Of a DNA stretch of 64,000 nt, positions 20,011 to 28,161 are shown one piece after another. A program made the position numbers and the translations under genes. The number at the start of each line of letters is the position of its first letter. Within the stretch, counting starts at the first letter, position 1. Source of the DNA: Thiotrichaceae bacterium (GTDB lineage: Bacteria > Pseudomonadota > Gammaproteobacteria > Eutrophobiales > Eutrophobiaceae); the NCBI GenBank assembly GCA_012960105.1, contig DUBV01000063.1, positions 4,775-68,774 on the forward strand, given 5' to 3'. The notes below the pieces were generated by a model. That model searched no databases, had not been told where the DNA came from, and saw only the letters and a program-made list of their open reading frames with translations.

Positions 20011-20637
20011 TTAAGTCTGAATGGCTAGAACAAGTCCTGTAACAACCATGATACTGCCCGCTATTATGTTAATTTTTTTATTTGCCGTACTACTTTTAAA
20101 TAATATTCTCGATTTGTCAGCCATAAAAGCATAAACCAGTTTTGTGCAGCATAATGCAACTATTGCCGTTCCTAAAATGATACCGATGTCAATAAAACTA
20201 ACCATAGATATATCGATAAACGCAGGCAAGAAGCTCATGTAAAATAAAATCGCTTTCGGATCTGCGAAGGTAATAAATAAACCGCAAAGGAAATTAGATA
20301 GCCACGACGATTCTTCAATACCTTCGAGCTCGATAGTTTTTGGCCTCGACATCCATAATAGTAATCCCAAACACAGAAGATAAACAGCACCAAGATATTT
20401 TATGAAGTAAAACAAACTATCCATCGTTTTCACTAAAGCAGATAACCCAAATACAGCGAATAAGATAAAGATAAAATCACCAACGATGATTCCTAAAACG
20501 ACGACTAGGCCATGTTTAAAACCAGATGCAATTGATCTTGCTACAACAGCCAACACACTGGCATCAGGAATAATAGCCAGTGCGACCATTGCACTAAACA
20601 TTCCCGCAATAGCACCTAATGTCATACTGCTATCCAT
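20011..20637 (-). CDS. LysE/RhtB-family amino-acid exporter
   Basis: 208 aa with 6 TM helices and typical LysE-family composition (N-terminal IPDASVLAVVARS..G). Confidence 0.8.
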   Translation of the reverse strand: MDSSMTLGAIAGMFSAMVALAIIPDASVLAVVARSIASGFKHGLVVVLGIIVGDFIFILFAVFGLSALVKTMDSLFYFIKYLGAVYLLCLGLLLWMSRPKTIELEGIEESSWLSNFLCGLFITFADPKAILFYMSFLPAFIDISMVSFIDIGIILGTAIVALCCTKLVYAFMADKSRILFKSSTANKKINIIAGSIMVVTGLVLAIQT

Positions 20638-20760
20638 GAACTCAACTTATAACTCGGTAAATCCGTGGATCGTCCCATTATTTATTTTCTGTTTAATAAT
20701 AGACACACGAAATCCCTGCTCTAATAATTACGAAATACTAACCAACTTCAATAACATTAT

Positions 20761-21109
20761 CTACGCGCGGATAATTTTAATTGTTTCCCTATTAATCCTC
20801 CTACAGTTTACCTTTTCAATATGGCTGTCTATATTCAATAAAGTATGGATAAACAACAACAATATATACGAGATAATATTACTAGCATTGCGGAAGAAGC
20901 CTTCCCTGATAATATTGGCATGAAAAGGTAGAGATATTTTCTTCTTCAAATGAGACATTTGAACCACAGTTGATTTCCATATATGGCCCGCCACCCCATC
21001 TTCTGCACATGCCGCAATGACATGCTCCCATACTATTACTATCGCTCTACACTGTGATAGAAACTGATCCACAAAGACACAAGCCTTTTCCTTTAAAAAC
21101 ATCTGACAT
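20761..21109 (-). pseudogene. GFA-family (glutathione-dependent formaldehyde-activating / CENP-V-like) gene, inactivated
   Basis: ATG21109 (AGAGG 6 nt upstream) reads MSDVFKGKGLCLCGSVSITV-TAG(21047-21049)-SDSNSMGACHCGMCRRWGGGPYMEINCGSNVSFEEENISTFS. The family-like ...REGFFRNASNIISY continues only in the ORF-track frame (20761-21102). The CxCG and CHCxxCRRWxGGP zinc-site motifs are diagnostic. The second Cys pair appears mutated (F, A). Confidence 0.5.
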
Positions 21110-21138
21110 TTCTAGCCTCTTTAATTACAACTTCTAAA

Positions 21139-22473
21139 TTAATCTTTCTTTGAATCTGGATTGATATCAATCACACTTGATCTAATATGCAAATCTCTTT
21201 GTGGATAAGGAATCTCTATATTATGTTCATGAAACTTATCCCATATTTTGAGCAATATTTCGCTCTTTACATTCAGCACACCTTTCTCCGGATCTTTAAT
21301 CCAGAAACGTAATTTCAAGTCGACTGCATTATCACCAAAACCAATTAATAGAACTTCAGGCTCCGGCGAATCAAGTACACGTTCCACTTCTTTCCCCGCC
21401 TCAATACACAACGCCATTGCGATTCGCACATCAGCTTGATAATGCACGCCAACATCAACTTCGGGTCGAATTAGTTTATCCGTATGTGTCCAGTTAATTA
21501 CTTCCTGACTGATCAGATTTTCATTCGGAATAAGATGCTCGGTACCATCCATTCTTTTAACCGATGCGTATCGCGCATTTAATGATTCAACTACACCATA
21601 GGTATCACCGACAGTAATAAGATCTCCCGGTTTAATCGACTTATCCATTAATAACAATAAGCCACTAAATAAATTCGCTATTGATTTTTGTAAGCCAAGA
21701 CCGATACCTACACCTACGGCACCACTAAAAATAGCAAAGGCAGTTAAGTCAATACCGACACTAGACATCGATGCCACTACAGCAATAATGATTAATGATA
21801 TTTTTACCAGCTTACTGATCAGTACTTTTACCGAAGGCGTAATATCCGTTGATTTTCTAATCTGCTGCTCAACAAACTGCGAAACAAATATTGCTAGCCA
21901 TAAGAGAACCGTAAGTATAAATATTCCTTCAATAACGGTTAGTGCAGTTAATCTTAATCCTCCCAATGTAAGCCCAATACTATCCAGTACATTGGTTACA
22001 GGATCGATTAAATTTAATATATTTAGTACAGCAACTGTCCAGATAACAACCGCAACAAATTTCGATAAGGCTTTATTCCTTAGCATTCCCGTTGTCATAT
22101 TAATAACAACCCATGCAGCTAATAAACTAACGGCAATCTTTATCAAATGATGTGAGGTCTCAATGGCAGCACCAATCAACAATAATGAAGACAGGGTCAA
22201 TAACCATGTTATCGGTAACACCAGCGAAGTAATGAGAGATTGGTATTTATAAAATGAGGTAGGAATAAACCGAAAGACGGATTTACTTTTATCGACGCCT
22301 CCCTTTTCTCGCCACTCTTTAATGCCTGGTGCTAAATACCAACTTATTAACAGCGTGAAAACAATTAAACATAGCTGAATAAGATTGCTAATAATTAATA
22401 CATGCTCATTTATCCAAACGTCTATAGTCAGGAAGAAATTCTCCATAGTGGCGTAATCAAAGTATTTGTTCAT
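21139..22473 (-). CDS. MscS-family mechanosensitive channel
   Basis: Multi-TM N-terminus, then PGDLITVGDTYGVVESLNARYASVKRMDGTEHLIPNENLIS, the MscS beta-domain signature. Confidence 0.85.
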   Translation of the reverse strand: MNKYFDYATMENFFLTIDVWINEHVLIISNLIQLCLIVFTLLISWYLAPGIKEWREKGGVDKSKSVFRFIPTSFYKYQSLITSLVLPITWLLTLSSLLLIGAAIETSHHLIKIAVSLLAAWVVINMTTGMLRNKALSKFVAVVIWTVAVLNILNLIDPVTNVLDSIGLTLGGLRLTALTVIEGIFILTVLLWLAIFVSQFVEQQIRKSTDITPSVKVLISKLVKISLIIIAVVASMSSVGIDLTAFAIFSGAVGVGIGLGLQKSIANLFSGLLLLMDKSIKPGDLITVGDTYGVVESLNARYASVKRMDGTEHLIPNENLISQEVINWTHTDKLIRPEVDVGVHYQADVRIAMALCIEAGKEVERVLDSPEPEVLLIGFGDNAVDLKLRFWIKDPEKGVLNVKSEILLKIWDKFHEHNIEIPYPQRDLHIRSSVIDINPDSKKD

Positions 22474-22513
22474 AACAATCTATTTAATGCGATGTAATTA
22501 AAACTATCTACTG

Positions 22514-22873
22514 TTATTCTTCAATATCTGACCAAACTGCAAACTCATTCTCGCTCGGATCAGAAAAATGAAATCGACGACCACCCGGAAAAGAAAAGAT
22601 AGGCTGCAAGATAGTGCCTCCCGCAGCTTCGACTTTAGCTAGAGTCTTACTTAAATCATTACTATAGAAAACAATAAGTGCGCTTCCGTTCTTCGCAGAA
22701 GAAGATAAATCTGCCCTGAAAAAACCGCCATCCAAACCTTCATTCGAGAACGCCGTATAGTCAGGACCATAGTCAACAAATGACCAACCGAAAGCTTCAG
22801 TAAAGAAAAGTTTAGTTGCTTCAATATCCTTTGCAGGAAACTCAACATAATTTATTTTTTCGTGCTCTGGCAT
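22514..22873 (-). CDS. VOC/glyoxalase-family protein
   Basis: INYVEFPAKDIEATKLFFTEAFGW...GGRRFHFSDPSENEFAVW pattern. 119 aa. Confidence 0.7.
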   Translation of the reverse strand: MPEHEKINYVEFPAKDIEATKLFFTEAFGWSFVDYGPDYTAFSNEGLDGGFFRADLSSSAKNGSALIVFYSNDLSKTLAKVEAAGGTILQPIFSFPGGRRFHFSDPSENEFAVWSDIEE

Positions 22874-22962
22874 AACTGCTTCCTAAAAAGATATTATTCT
22901 GATTAATTTACTCTCGATTATATCTTATTAAATATTCGTTAACTTTAATATTAAGTTAGGAG

Positions 22963-23157
22963 TTGAAATTATGTCTAACCGTAGAAATATTTTTTCTTAT
23001 CGCTTTTAGCCTTTCACTTATTTCTACAAGTAATTTATACGCTGAACCTCCATCAGGATCTGAACATCAAGTAAATATGGAAAACCCGGACATGAAAGGC
23101 CCACAATGCATATTCGACTGTATAACTTATTTTGTTAGCTGCTACGAAGCTTGTTAA
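22963..23157 (+). CDS. Small secreted Cys-rich peptide (start and frame ambiguous)
   Basis: Signal-peptide-like FFLIAFSLSLISTSNLYA, then a mature 37 aa ending CIFDCITYFVSCYEAC. The best SD-ATG (AGGAG 22958-22962, ATG 22971) is one frame off and merges only if the T6 run 22990-22995 were T5. Confidence 0.3.
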   Translation: MKLCLTVEIFFLIAFSLSLISTSNLYAEPPSGSEHQVNMENPDMKGPQCIFDCITYFVSCYEAC

Positions 23158-23209
23158 GCAATACTAGATTTAACTAATAGTTGTATCACTCTTCGTTTTG
23201 AACATAATA

Positions 23210-23232
23210 CTAAGCCAGTAATACTGGCTTAG
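23210..23232 (+). terminator. Palindromic hairpin after the small peptide ORF
   Basis: ctaagccagta-a-tactggcttag, a perfect palindrome. It is not followed by a T-run. Confidence 0.3.
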
Positions 23233-23243
23233 TGACTATCCGC

Positions 23244-23269
23244 TGCCCATCTTCATTGCCCATCTTCAT
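23244..23269. repeat. 13-bp perfect tandem duplication (tgcccatcttcat x2)
   Basis: Read directly from the sequence. Intergenic. Confidence 0.9.
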
Positions 23270-23406
23270 TTTATAATTCTTTTATAATCAACATGTTAAA
23301 AACAATATTGATTTAAAAATGAATTCTGCGCCATACGTAGCTATTCTATAATAATAACTAAGCATATTTATCATCCGACCGATATAAATAACTGGACAAT
23401 AAATTA

Positions 23407-23796
23407 TTGAATAGCATCTTTTTGGAGGACACTGATTTGTACTCAAGTAATCTCGATAATCAGATAAAAACCAAAATCTTTATATACAAATCTATAGACG
23501 CAATTTTTATTATTGCTCTGGCAATTACCGCTATATATACCGCGCTATATTCCGAAAACAAAGAGTTCATGATAGCAAGCTGTCTTGCTGGTCTATTCCT
23601 GGTAAATACTTTAGGGAAAATTACGAATAAAAGAATTGCAATTATGGGTGTGCAATTAGAAGCGTTAAAACGGGAACATAAAAAAGAAGAACAGAGAACA
23701 ATAATGAGGACTCGTCATACTACGATAAGAAAAACATCAACTACAACAATCAACACAGACACCAGAACCGGAACCGGAACCGGAACGGATAGATAA
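23407..23796 (+). CDS. Hypothetical two-TM protein with a Thr/Gly-repeat tail (TTG start, weak)
   Basis: 129-aa ORF. The C-terminal ...TRTGTGTGTDR is encoded by the hexanucleotide repeat. Confidence 0.3.
   Translation: MNSIFLEDTDLYSSNLDNQIKTKIFIYKSIDAIFIIALAITAIYTALYSENKEFMIASCLAGLFLVNTLGKITNKRIAIMGVQLEALKREHKKEEQRTIMRTRHTTIRKTSTTTINTDTRTGTGTGTDR
23765..23788. repeat. Hexanucleotide microsatellite (gaaccg)x3 plus an imperfect gaacgg
   Basis: Read directly. Lies in the last codons of ORF 23407-23796, 10 nt from the convergent MauE-like stop. Confidence 0.9.
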
Positions 23797-23797
23797 G

Positions 23798-24230
23798 TTA
23801 CTTCTTCATTCGATAAGACAAACACCAGTACATGACTGACAGCACAGTCAGAATTAAATCCTCTACAATCGTCATACTCGTCAAAGGTCTTGCGAGAAAC
23901 ACCCCGAAGCATCCGCAATTATCCAGTTCGATACCACGATAGATTGTAATAATTGCCAGTAACGTACTGGCTACTATGAATAATAGTGAGTGTCGGGCCA
24001 ACTATTAATGACCGCGGTTTACGTAACATATAAAACGCTAATTCAAATTCAAACAACGCAAGAACAAGCCCTAGGCCTGTAGCAAAATAACCGGGTATCC
24101 CAAACTGATAAGTCGCGATAACTTCGGCAAAATCAGGGATGTCAAGTAACTTACCAATAGCCGTACTTAGCATTAAAAATATAAAAAAACATCTGAGTAC
24201 CTTATAAGCAACTGCTTGCCAGTTCTTCAT
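23798..24230 (-). pseudogene. MauE/DoxX-family membrane protein, split by a frameshift near 24000
   Basis: The ORFs 23919-24230 (...AIGKLLDIPDFAEVIATYQFGIP...) and 23798-24001 (...IYRGIELDNCGCFGVFL...) are the N- and C-halves of one MauE-like protein (CGCFG motif), in frames offset by one nt. Confidence 0.55.
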
Positions 24231-24311
24231 CGTATGTATCCTAAAATATTTTTTTACTTTAGTTCCAAAATTATACTTACATCATACAAACTATAAGAAT
24301 ATATTATAGTC

Positions 24312-24926
24312 ATGACAGCTTTTTTCTATTATTACATCGCAGCATGGATGACGGCTTGCGTGATTGCGATAGTTTTGATGATACAAAACATCAAGACGAT
24401 GATTTTATTTCAAAAAAAATATTGGGATTTTTTAAAAATTAAATGGAAACTAATCACCTTCTTCATTGCCCTCTCTGCGTTTGTCATACTCGCTCCTTAT
24501 ACGGGTGATCCTACATGGGATTATTACGACGCAGCATTTATGTCGATACTGACATTCATGACAGCCCCCTGGTCAGTAGGCACATTATTTCGCTTTATCA
24601 ATAAACAGGAAAAACTAAAAATTGCTTACATCGCCGCTTGTTGTTGGATGTTCTCTGCCAGTTGGTCCTACGATATCTATCTGGTTTTCCGTGATGGCGA
24701 CTATCCCATTACATGGCTACCTAATATCTTTGCTTCATCCGTTTTATATGTATCAGCAGGACTATTCTGGAACCTGACATATAAAGATGGAAGAGGCGTA
24801 ATTTTTGGGTTTATGGAAAATGATTGGCCTGCAGAAAAAACAAATACACATTTTAGTAAACTTACACTCTACGCAATACCATTCATGATCCTCGCTGCTG
24901 CGATATTTGTACCCTTTCTAACCTAA
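24312..24926 (+). CDS. Hypothetical polytopic membrane protein
   Basis: 204 aa with about 6 hydrophobic segments and no motif. Confidence 0.5.
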   Translation: MTAFFYYYIAAWMTACVIAIVLMIQNIKTMILFQKKYWDFLKIKWKLITFFIALSAFVILAPYTGDPTWDYYDAAFMSILTFMTAPWSVGTLFRFINKQEKLKIAYIAACCWMFSASWSYDIYLVFRDGDYPITWLPNIFASSVLYVSAGLFWNLTYKDGRGVIFGFMENDWPAEKTNTHFSKLTLYAIPFMILAAAIFVPFLT

Positions 24927-24955
24927 ATTATTTTATACATCAAAACACGTTTATA

Positions 24956-25627
24956 TTAAAAACTCTCATATCTAATCAGTTTCGTTACCTGATCAGTTCT
25001 ATATTTTTTAGGAACGCTATATTCTTTTCGCACTCGTTTAACAAGCCCAACTCCCTGTGCATACCATGTTGATTCATAAATCATGATTTGAGCTATGCCG
25101 CGTGTTCTTTTCTTCACTCTAACAGTAGCGGAACTATCGATGCGCATGCAATTAACAAACCTCCCTGCCGGCACCGATATAGTTTCATTAAAACTTACAA
25201 TCTGATTGTCCATGAAAATAGTCTCTTCTTGACTAATAAATGGTTCGCCACCAGAAAAAGATTCATGTCGAATATCAAGTAACTCAATTCTCGTCTCCTT
25301 AGGCCAGTAAGCATTAACCGCTAAGGGTGTCTTTATATAAACTTTCCCATTTGGTTCGGGTCTAGCTGAAAACAAAATACCTGAATCACTTTTTCTGTAG
25401 TATATAGTTTCACCATTGGCATAGCGTTGTGGGAAATACTGCTCACCATTAACTTGAATATCTGACAATAGAGCCACAATTGATTTGCCCACTCGCTGCT
25501 GATTCCTCTGGATCTTTTGAATACGATATTCAAGTTTAATATTTTCACCTAAAGGAAAATATTCAGAACTAGTTTCGCTGCATCCAGATAATGATAAGAA
25601 GAAAAGAAAGATGAAATAATACTTCAT
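24956..25627 (-). CDS. Hypothetical lipoprotein
   Basis: Lipobox FLSLSGC at aa 10-16. 223 aa. Confidence 0.6.
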   Translation of the reverse strand: MKYYFIFLFFLSLSGCSETSSEYFPLGENIKLEYRIQKIQRNQQRVGKSIVALLSDIQVNGEQYFPQRYANGETIYYRKSDSGILFSARPEPNGKVYIKTPLAVNAYWPKETRIELLDIRHESFSGGEPFISQEETIFMDNQIVSFNETISVPAGRFVNCMRIDSSATVRVKKRTRGIAQIMIYESTWYAQGVGLVKRVRKEYSVPKKYRTDQVTKLIRYESF

Positions 25628-25652
25628 GAGTAAAAACAGATCTGACTCACAA

Positions 25653-25967
25653 TTATAATACTATCCCCAGTACCGCTAATTGTTCCATCGACATTTCATA
25701 TACTTCTTTGAGAATATAATAAAGCCAGATACTTAAACCAATAACAATAATCGTCAATACTATTTTCGTCACCATTTTATAGGCGGGATGTATCCACACC
25801 AAAGGCAAAGCGAATGGGCCAAACGATAAAAGAGAAATGACAACTGCTGTAGTTGAAAAATACCATTTAGTTTCTGGTTCTGTGAATTTATCTAAGGCGC
25901 CATTACAAAACATGCATCTTACAGCATCATTTTCTACTTCTTGTTCACAGTAAGGACAGTTCTTCAT
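25653..25967 (-). CDS. Zinc-ribbon plus two-TM small protein
   Basis: CPYC...(13)...CMFC N-terminal zinc ribbon, then two TM helices. 25 nt upstream of the lipoprotein gene. Confidence 0.55.
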   Translation of the reverse strand: MKNCPYCEQEVENDAVRCMFCNGALDKFTEPETKWYFSTTAVVISLLSFGPFALPLVWIHPAYKMVTKIVLTIIVIGLSIWLYYILKEVYEMSMEQLAVLGIVL

Positions 25968-26164
25968 GTTATTTATAAAATTTATTAACTTAGATCCTGT
26001 AAATAATACATAAGTTACTGAGATATTCTTGTCAATTTAAAGGCTGAGCGATTCCTCCAATATGCAATACAGCTCTCTTGGTCGGACGCAATGGAAATGC
26101 TATATCTATGGAACCACAATAGCTACTATAAACCATATATTTGATGTTATTCTAAACACTTCTC

Positions 26165-26977
26165 ATGACTAAAATTTCACTAAATTGGAAAGAGTACTCC
26201 GACAATAGCTGTAAAGGTGAAGACATGTGGGGGCATTACAAAACCTCAAATGGCGATCTGTATGTCGTTGCAGATGGAGCTTCGAGTCATGATGGCGCTA
26301 AAACCGGCGGAGATGTCGCTCGCTATATAGACCATCGATTACAAATAGAAGCCCAAAATATTGTCCGTCGTAAACATTTATTAGAACTAATCACTTCAAT
26401 CAATTCCGAGTCGTCAAAAATCAATGAAGGTGCTTATGCCGCAATAGCCGGCATCCTGCACCGAGGAAACAATATGTTTGCTTTTGGTGCTGGCGATGTT
26501 TCTATCCTCGCAAGAAAAGCAAATGGTAAATTGGTTCAGGTTTTACCACTAGATTTAAATATTCAAAAAACTGAAGCAAAAGAAACAGCCAAAACCGAAA
26601 TAGGTACAATTATTGATGGCAAGGAAATCACGGCAGAAAACTATATACTAAGAGCAGAACAATACACTAAACATGGACTAACAAATGCTATCGGCATTGG
26701 CGATTCGTTTTATATAAACAAAAAATGTTTTTATACCAAAGAAGGTGCCGTTGTACTTATTGCAACGGATGGAATAACCGATCCTTTTATAGAAACACAG
26801 AAAGAGGCTGGCAAGGTTACAAAAATAAATGCGTTAAAACTTTATGGCGTTATGGATTCAAGCAACAACGCAGAAGCAGCAGCAGATGCCCTCAAAGATT
26901 TATTCTGGGATACACAAGTTAAAGAAAAGAAAAAGATAAAAGCCGATGATAGAACCGGGCTTTTCTTATACATGTAA
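26165..26977 (+). CDS. PP2C-like phosphatase-fold protein with degenerate metal motifs
   Basis: GED..., YVVADGASSHDG (versus canonical DGMGGH), FGAGDVS, LIATDGITD, and a terminal ADDRTGLFLY (versus DN.T). The motif order is that of the PP2C/SpoIIE fold. Confidence 0.5.
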   Translation: MTKISLNWKEYSDNSCKGEDMWGHYKTSNGDLYVVADGASSHDGAKTGGDVARYIDHRLQIEAQNIVRRKHLLELITSINSESSKINEGAYAAIAGILHRGNNMFAFGAGDVSILARKANGKLVQVLPLDLNIQKTEAKETAKTEIGTIIDGKEITAENYILRAEQYTKHGLTNAIGIGDSFYINKKCFYTKEGAVVLIATDGITDPFIETQKEAGKVTKINALKLYGVMDSSNNAEAAADALKDLFWDTQVKEKKKIKADDRTGLFLYM

Positions 26978-27143
26978 GCTTTAGATCTGAACATCTCTCA
27001 GCAATATAACAAATTATAAAAATCTTACGAAACCTTTTAAAGAGCTCCGATTTCTTAATATTTCCCTTTAAAATATTGTTGCGTAATCCTCATTAGAGAC
27101 TATTCTTTTATTGATAAAATAAATAATATCCGGGAGTACGATC

Positions 27144-28079
27144 ATGTGTATTATTACCACCGAAACACTTGAAGAAGAACGACAGCGCTGGTTGAGAATC
27201 ACAAAAACAAACATCTTTGCGCGACATACACGTCCCGGTCATCAAATACTTGCCTATAGTTTATCAATCGCATCAAAGTCAGTCGCGGCAATGATTTTAC
27301 CATTGCCTGTCATAACCGGCAGTGGAGAAGAGGCTTTAAGATTTATTGATTTAAGTACTTACGCAACGTTCTTTAATGATTTAAATTTTATCTGCGAACC
27401 TGAATATTGCGAACCTGAATCAGACATGTTTGATATAGAAGAAGCCTCTTTTGGAAGCGAAGATGAGACCGAAGTAATATTAGCTGTTCATGAAGTCGGG
27501 GATTTCGAAGCTTCCTATGTACCAACGATGAAAGATTTTAACCGACTCGATCTACGTTTTCGTTTGCCCGACGAAGTATGGAAAAAAATGCCCGTCTATA
27601 GTGATTACGGCTTTGCTGTCTTTCAGTTAAAAATCACATTAATGCAAGACGATAATGAAACAGAGAATCATGTTCACCCCATGGCATTTGAATTCCCAAC
27701 ACGTGATGATAATCGACTCTTCTATCCTACAGTGCATGTACATGATGGTGACTTCCATGAAAATGCCGGTTTTTATCACACCTTTTACTGCCAGCGGGAA
27801 AATGCCCGTTCAGAATTTAAATATCAGCGCGATTTACTACACGGGGAAAAACCGACTACTGCAGAACTAATGGGTTCAACTGAATCAGAATCCTCCGAAT
27901 ATGATTTTCCATTTGGATTTTTCGGCTACGATTGGTACTCCCGATCACTTAAACCTTTATCAGATAGTATTGAACTGGAAAAGTGTGAAGGTTTGTTAGA
28001 TAAGGACAAACAACTTCATTCGATGAGTTTATTTGGCACTTATCCAAACAAGGATATCTGGTTAGGTGATTCATTATAA
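27144..28079 (+). CDS. Conserved hypothetical protein (unnamed widely distributed family)
   Basis: Blocks MILPLPV, AVHEVGDFEASYVP, DFNRLDLRFRLP, YGFAVFQL, HPMAFEFPTR and FYPTVHVHDG match a family I recall seeing only as hypothetical. Confidence 0.55.
   Translation: MCIITTETLEEERQRWLRITKTNIFARHTRPGHQILAYSLSIASKSVAAMILPLPVITGSGEEALRFIDLSTYATFFNDLNFICEPEYCEPESDMFDIEEASFGSEDETEVILAVHEVGDFEASYVPTMKDFNRLDLRFRLPDEVWKKMPVYSDYGFAVFQLKITLMQDDNETENHVHPMAFEFPTRDDNRLFYPTVHVHDGDFHENAGFYHTFYCQRENARSEFKYQRDLLHGEKPTTAELMGSTESESSEYDFPFGFFGYDWYSRSLKPLSDSIELEKCEGLLDKDKQLHSMSLFGTYPNKDIWLGDSL
27393..27422. repeat. 15-bp tandem duplication inside the CDS (tgcgaacctgaatat / tgcgaacctgaatca)
   Basis: Read directly. 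Encodes CEPEY-CEPES. Confidence 0.9.
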
Positions 28080-28161
28080 TTTCTAATAAAGCACTTCATC
28101 TTCATGCATAATGCGCAGATATTTTGAACACATAGAAAACAAACATAAATAAGGACTAAAA

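Noticed and set aside
20486-20923. 145-aa plus-strand ORF spanning the LysE start and the gap
   Set aside because: The first half is antisense to the LysE gene and the rest is AT-rich with Asn/Ile runs. The minus strand carries recognisable GFA-family remnants instead.
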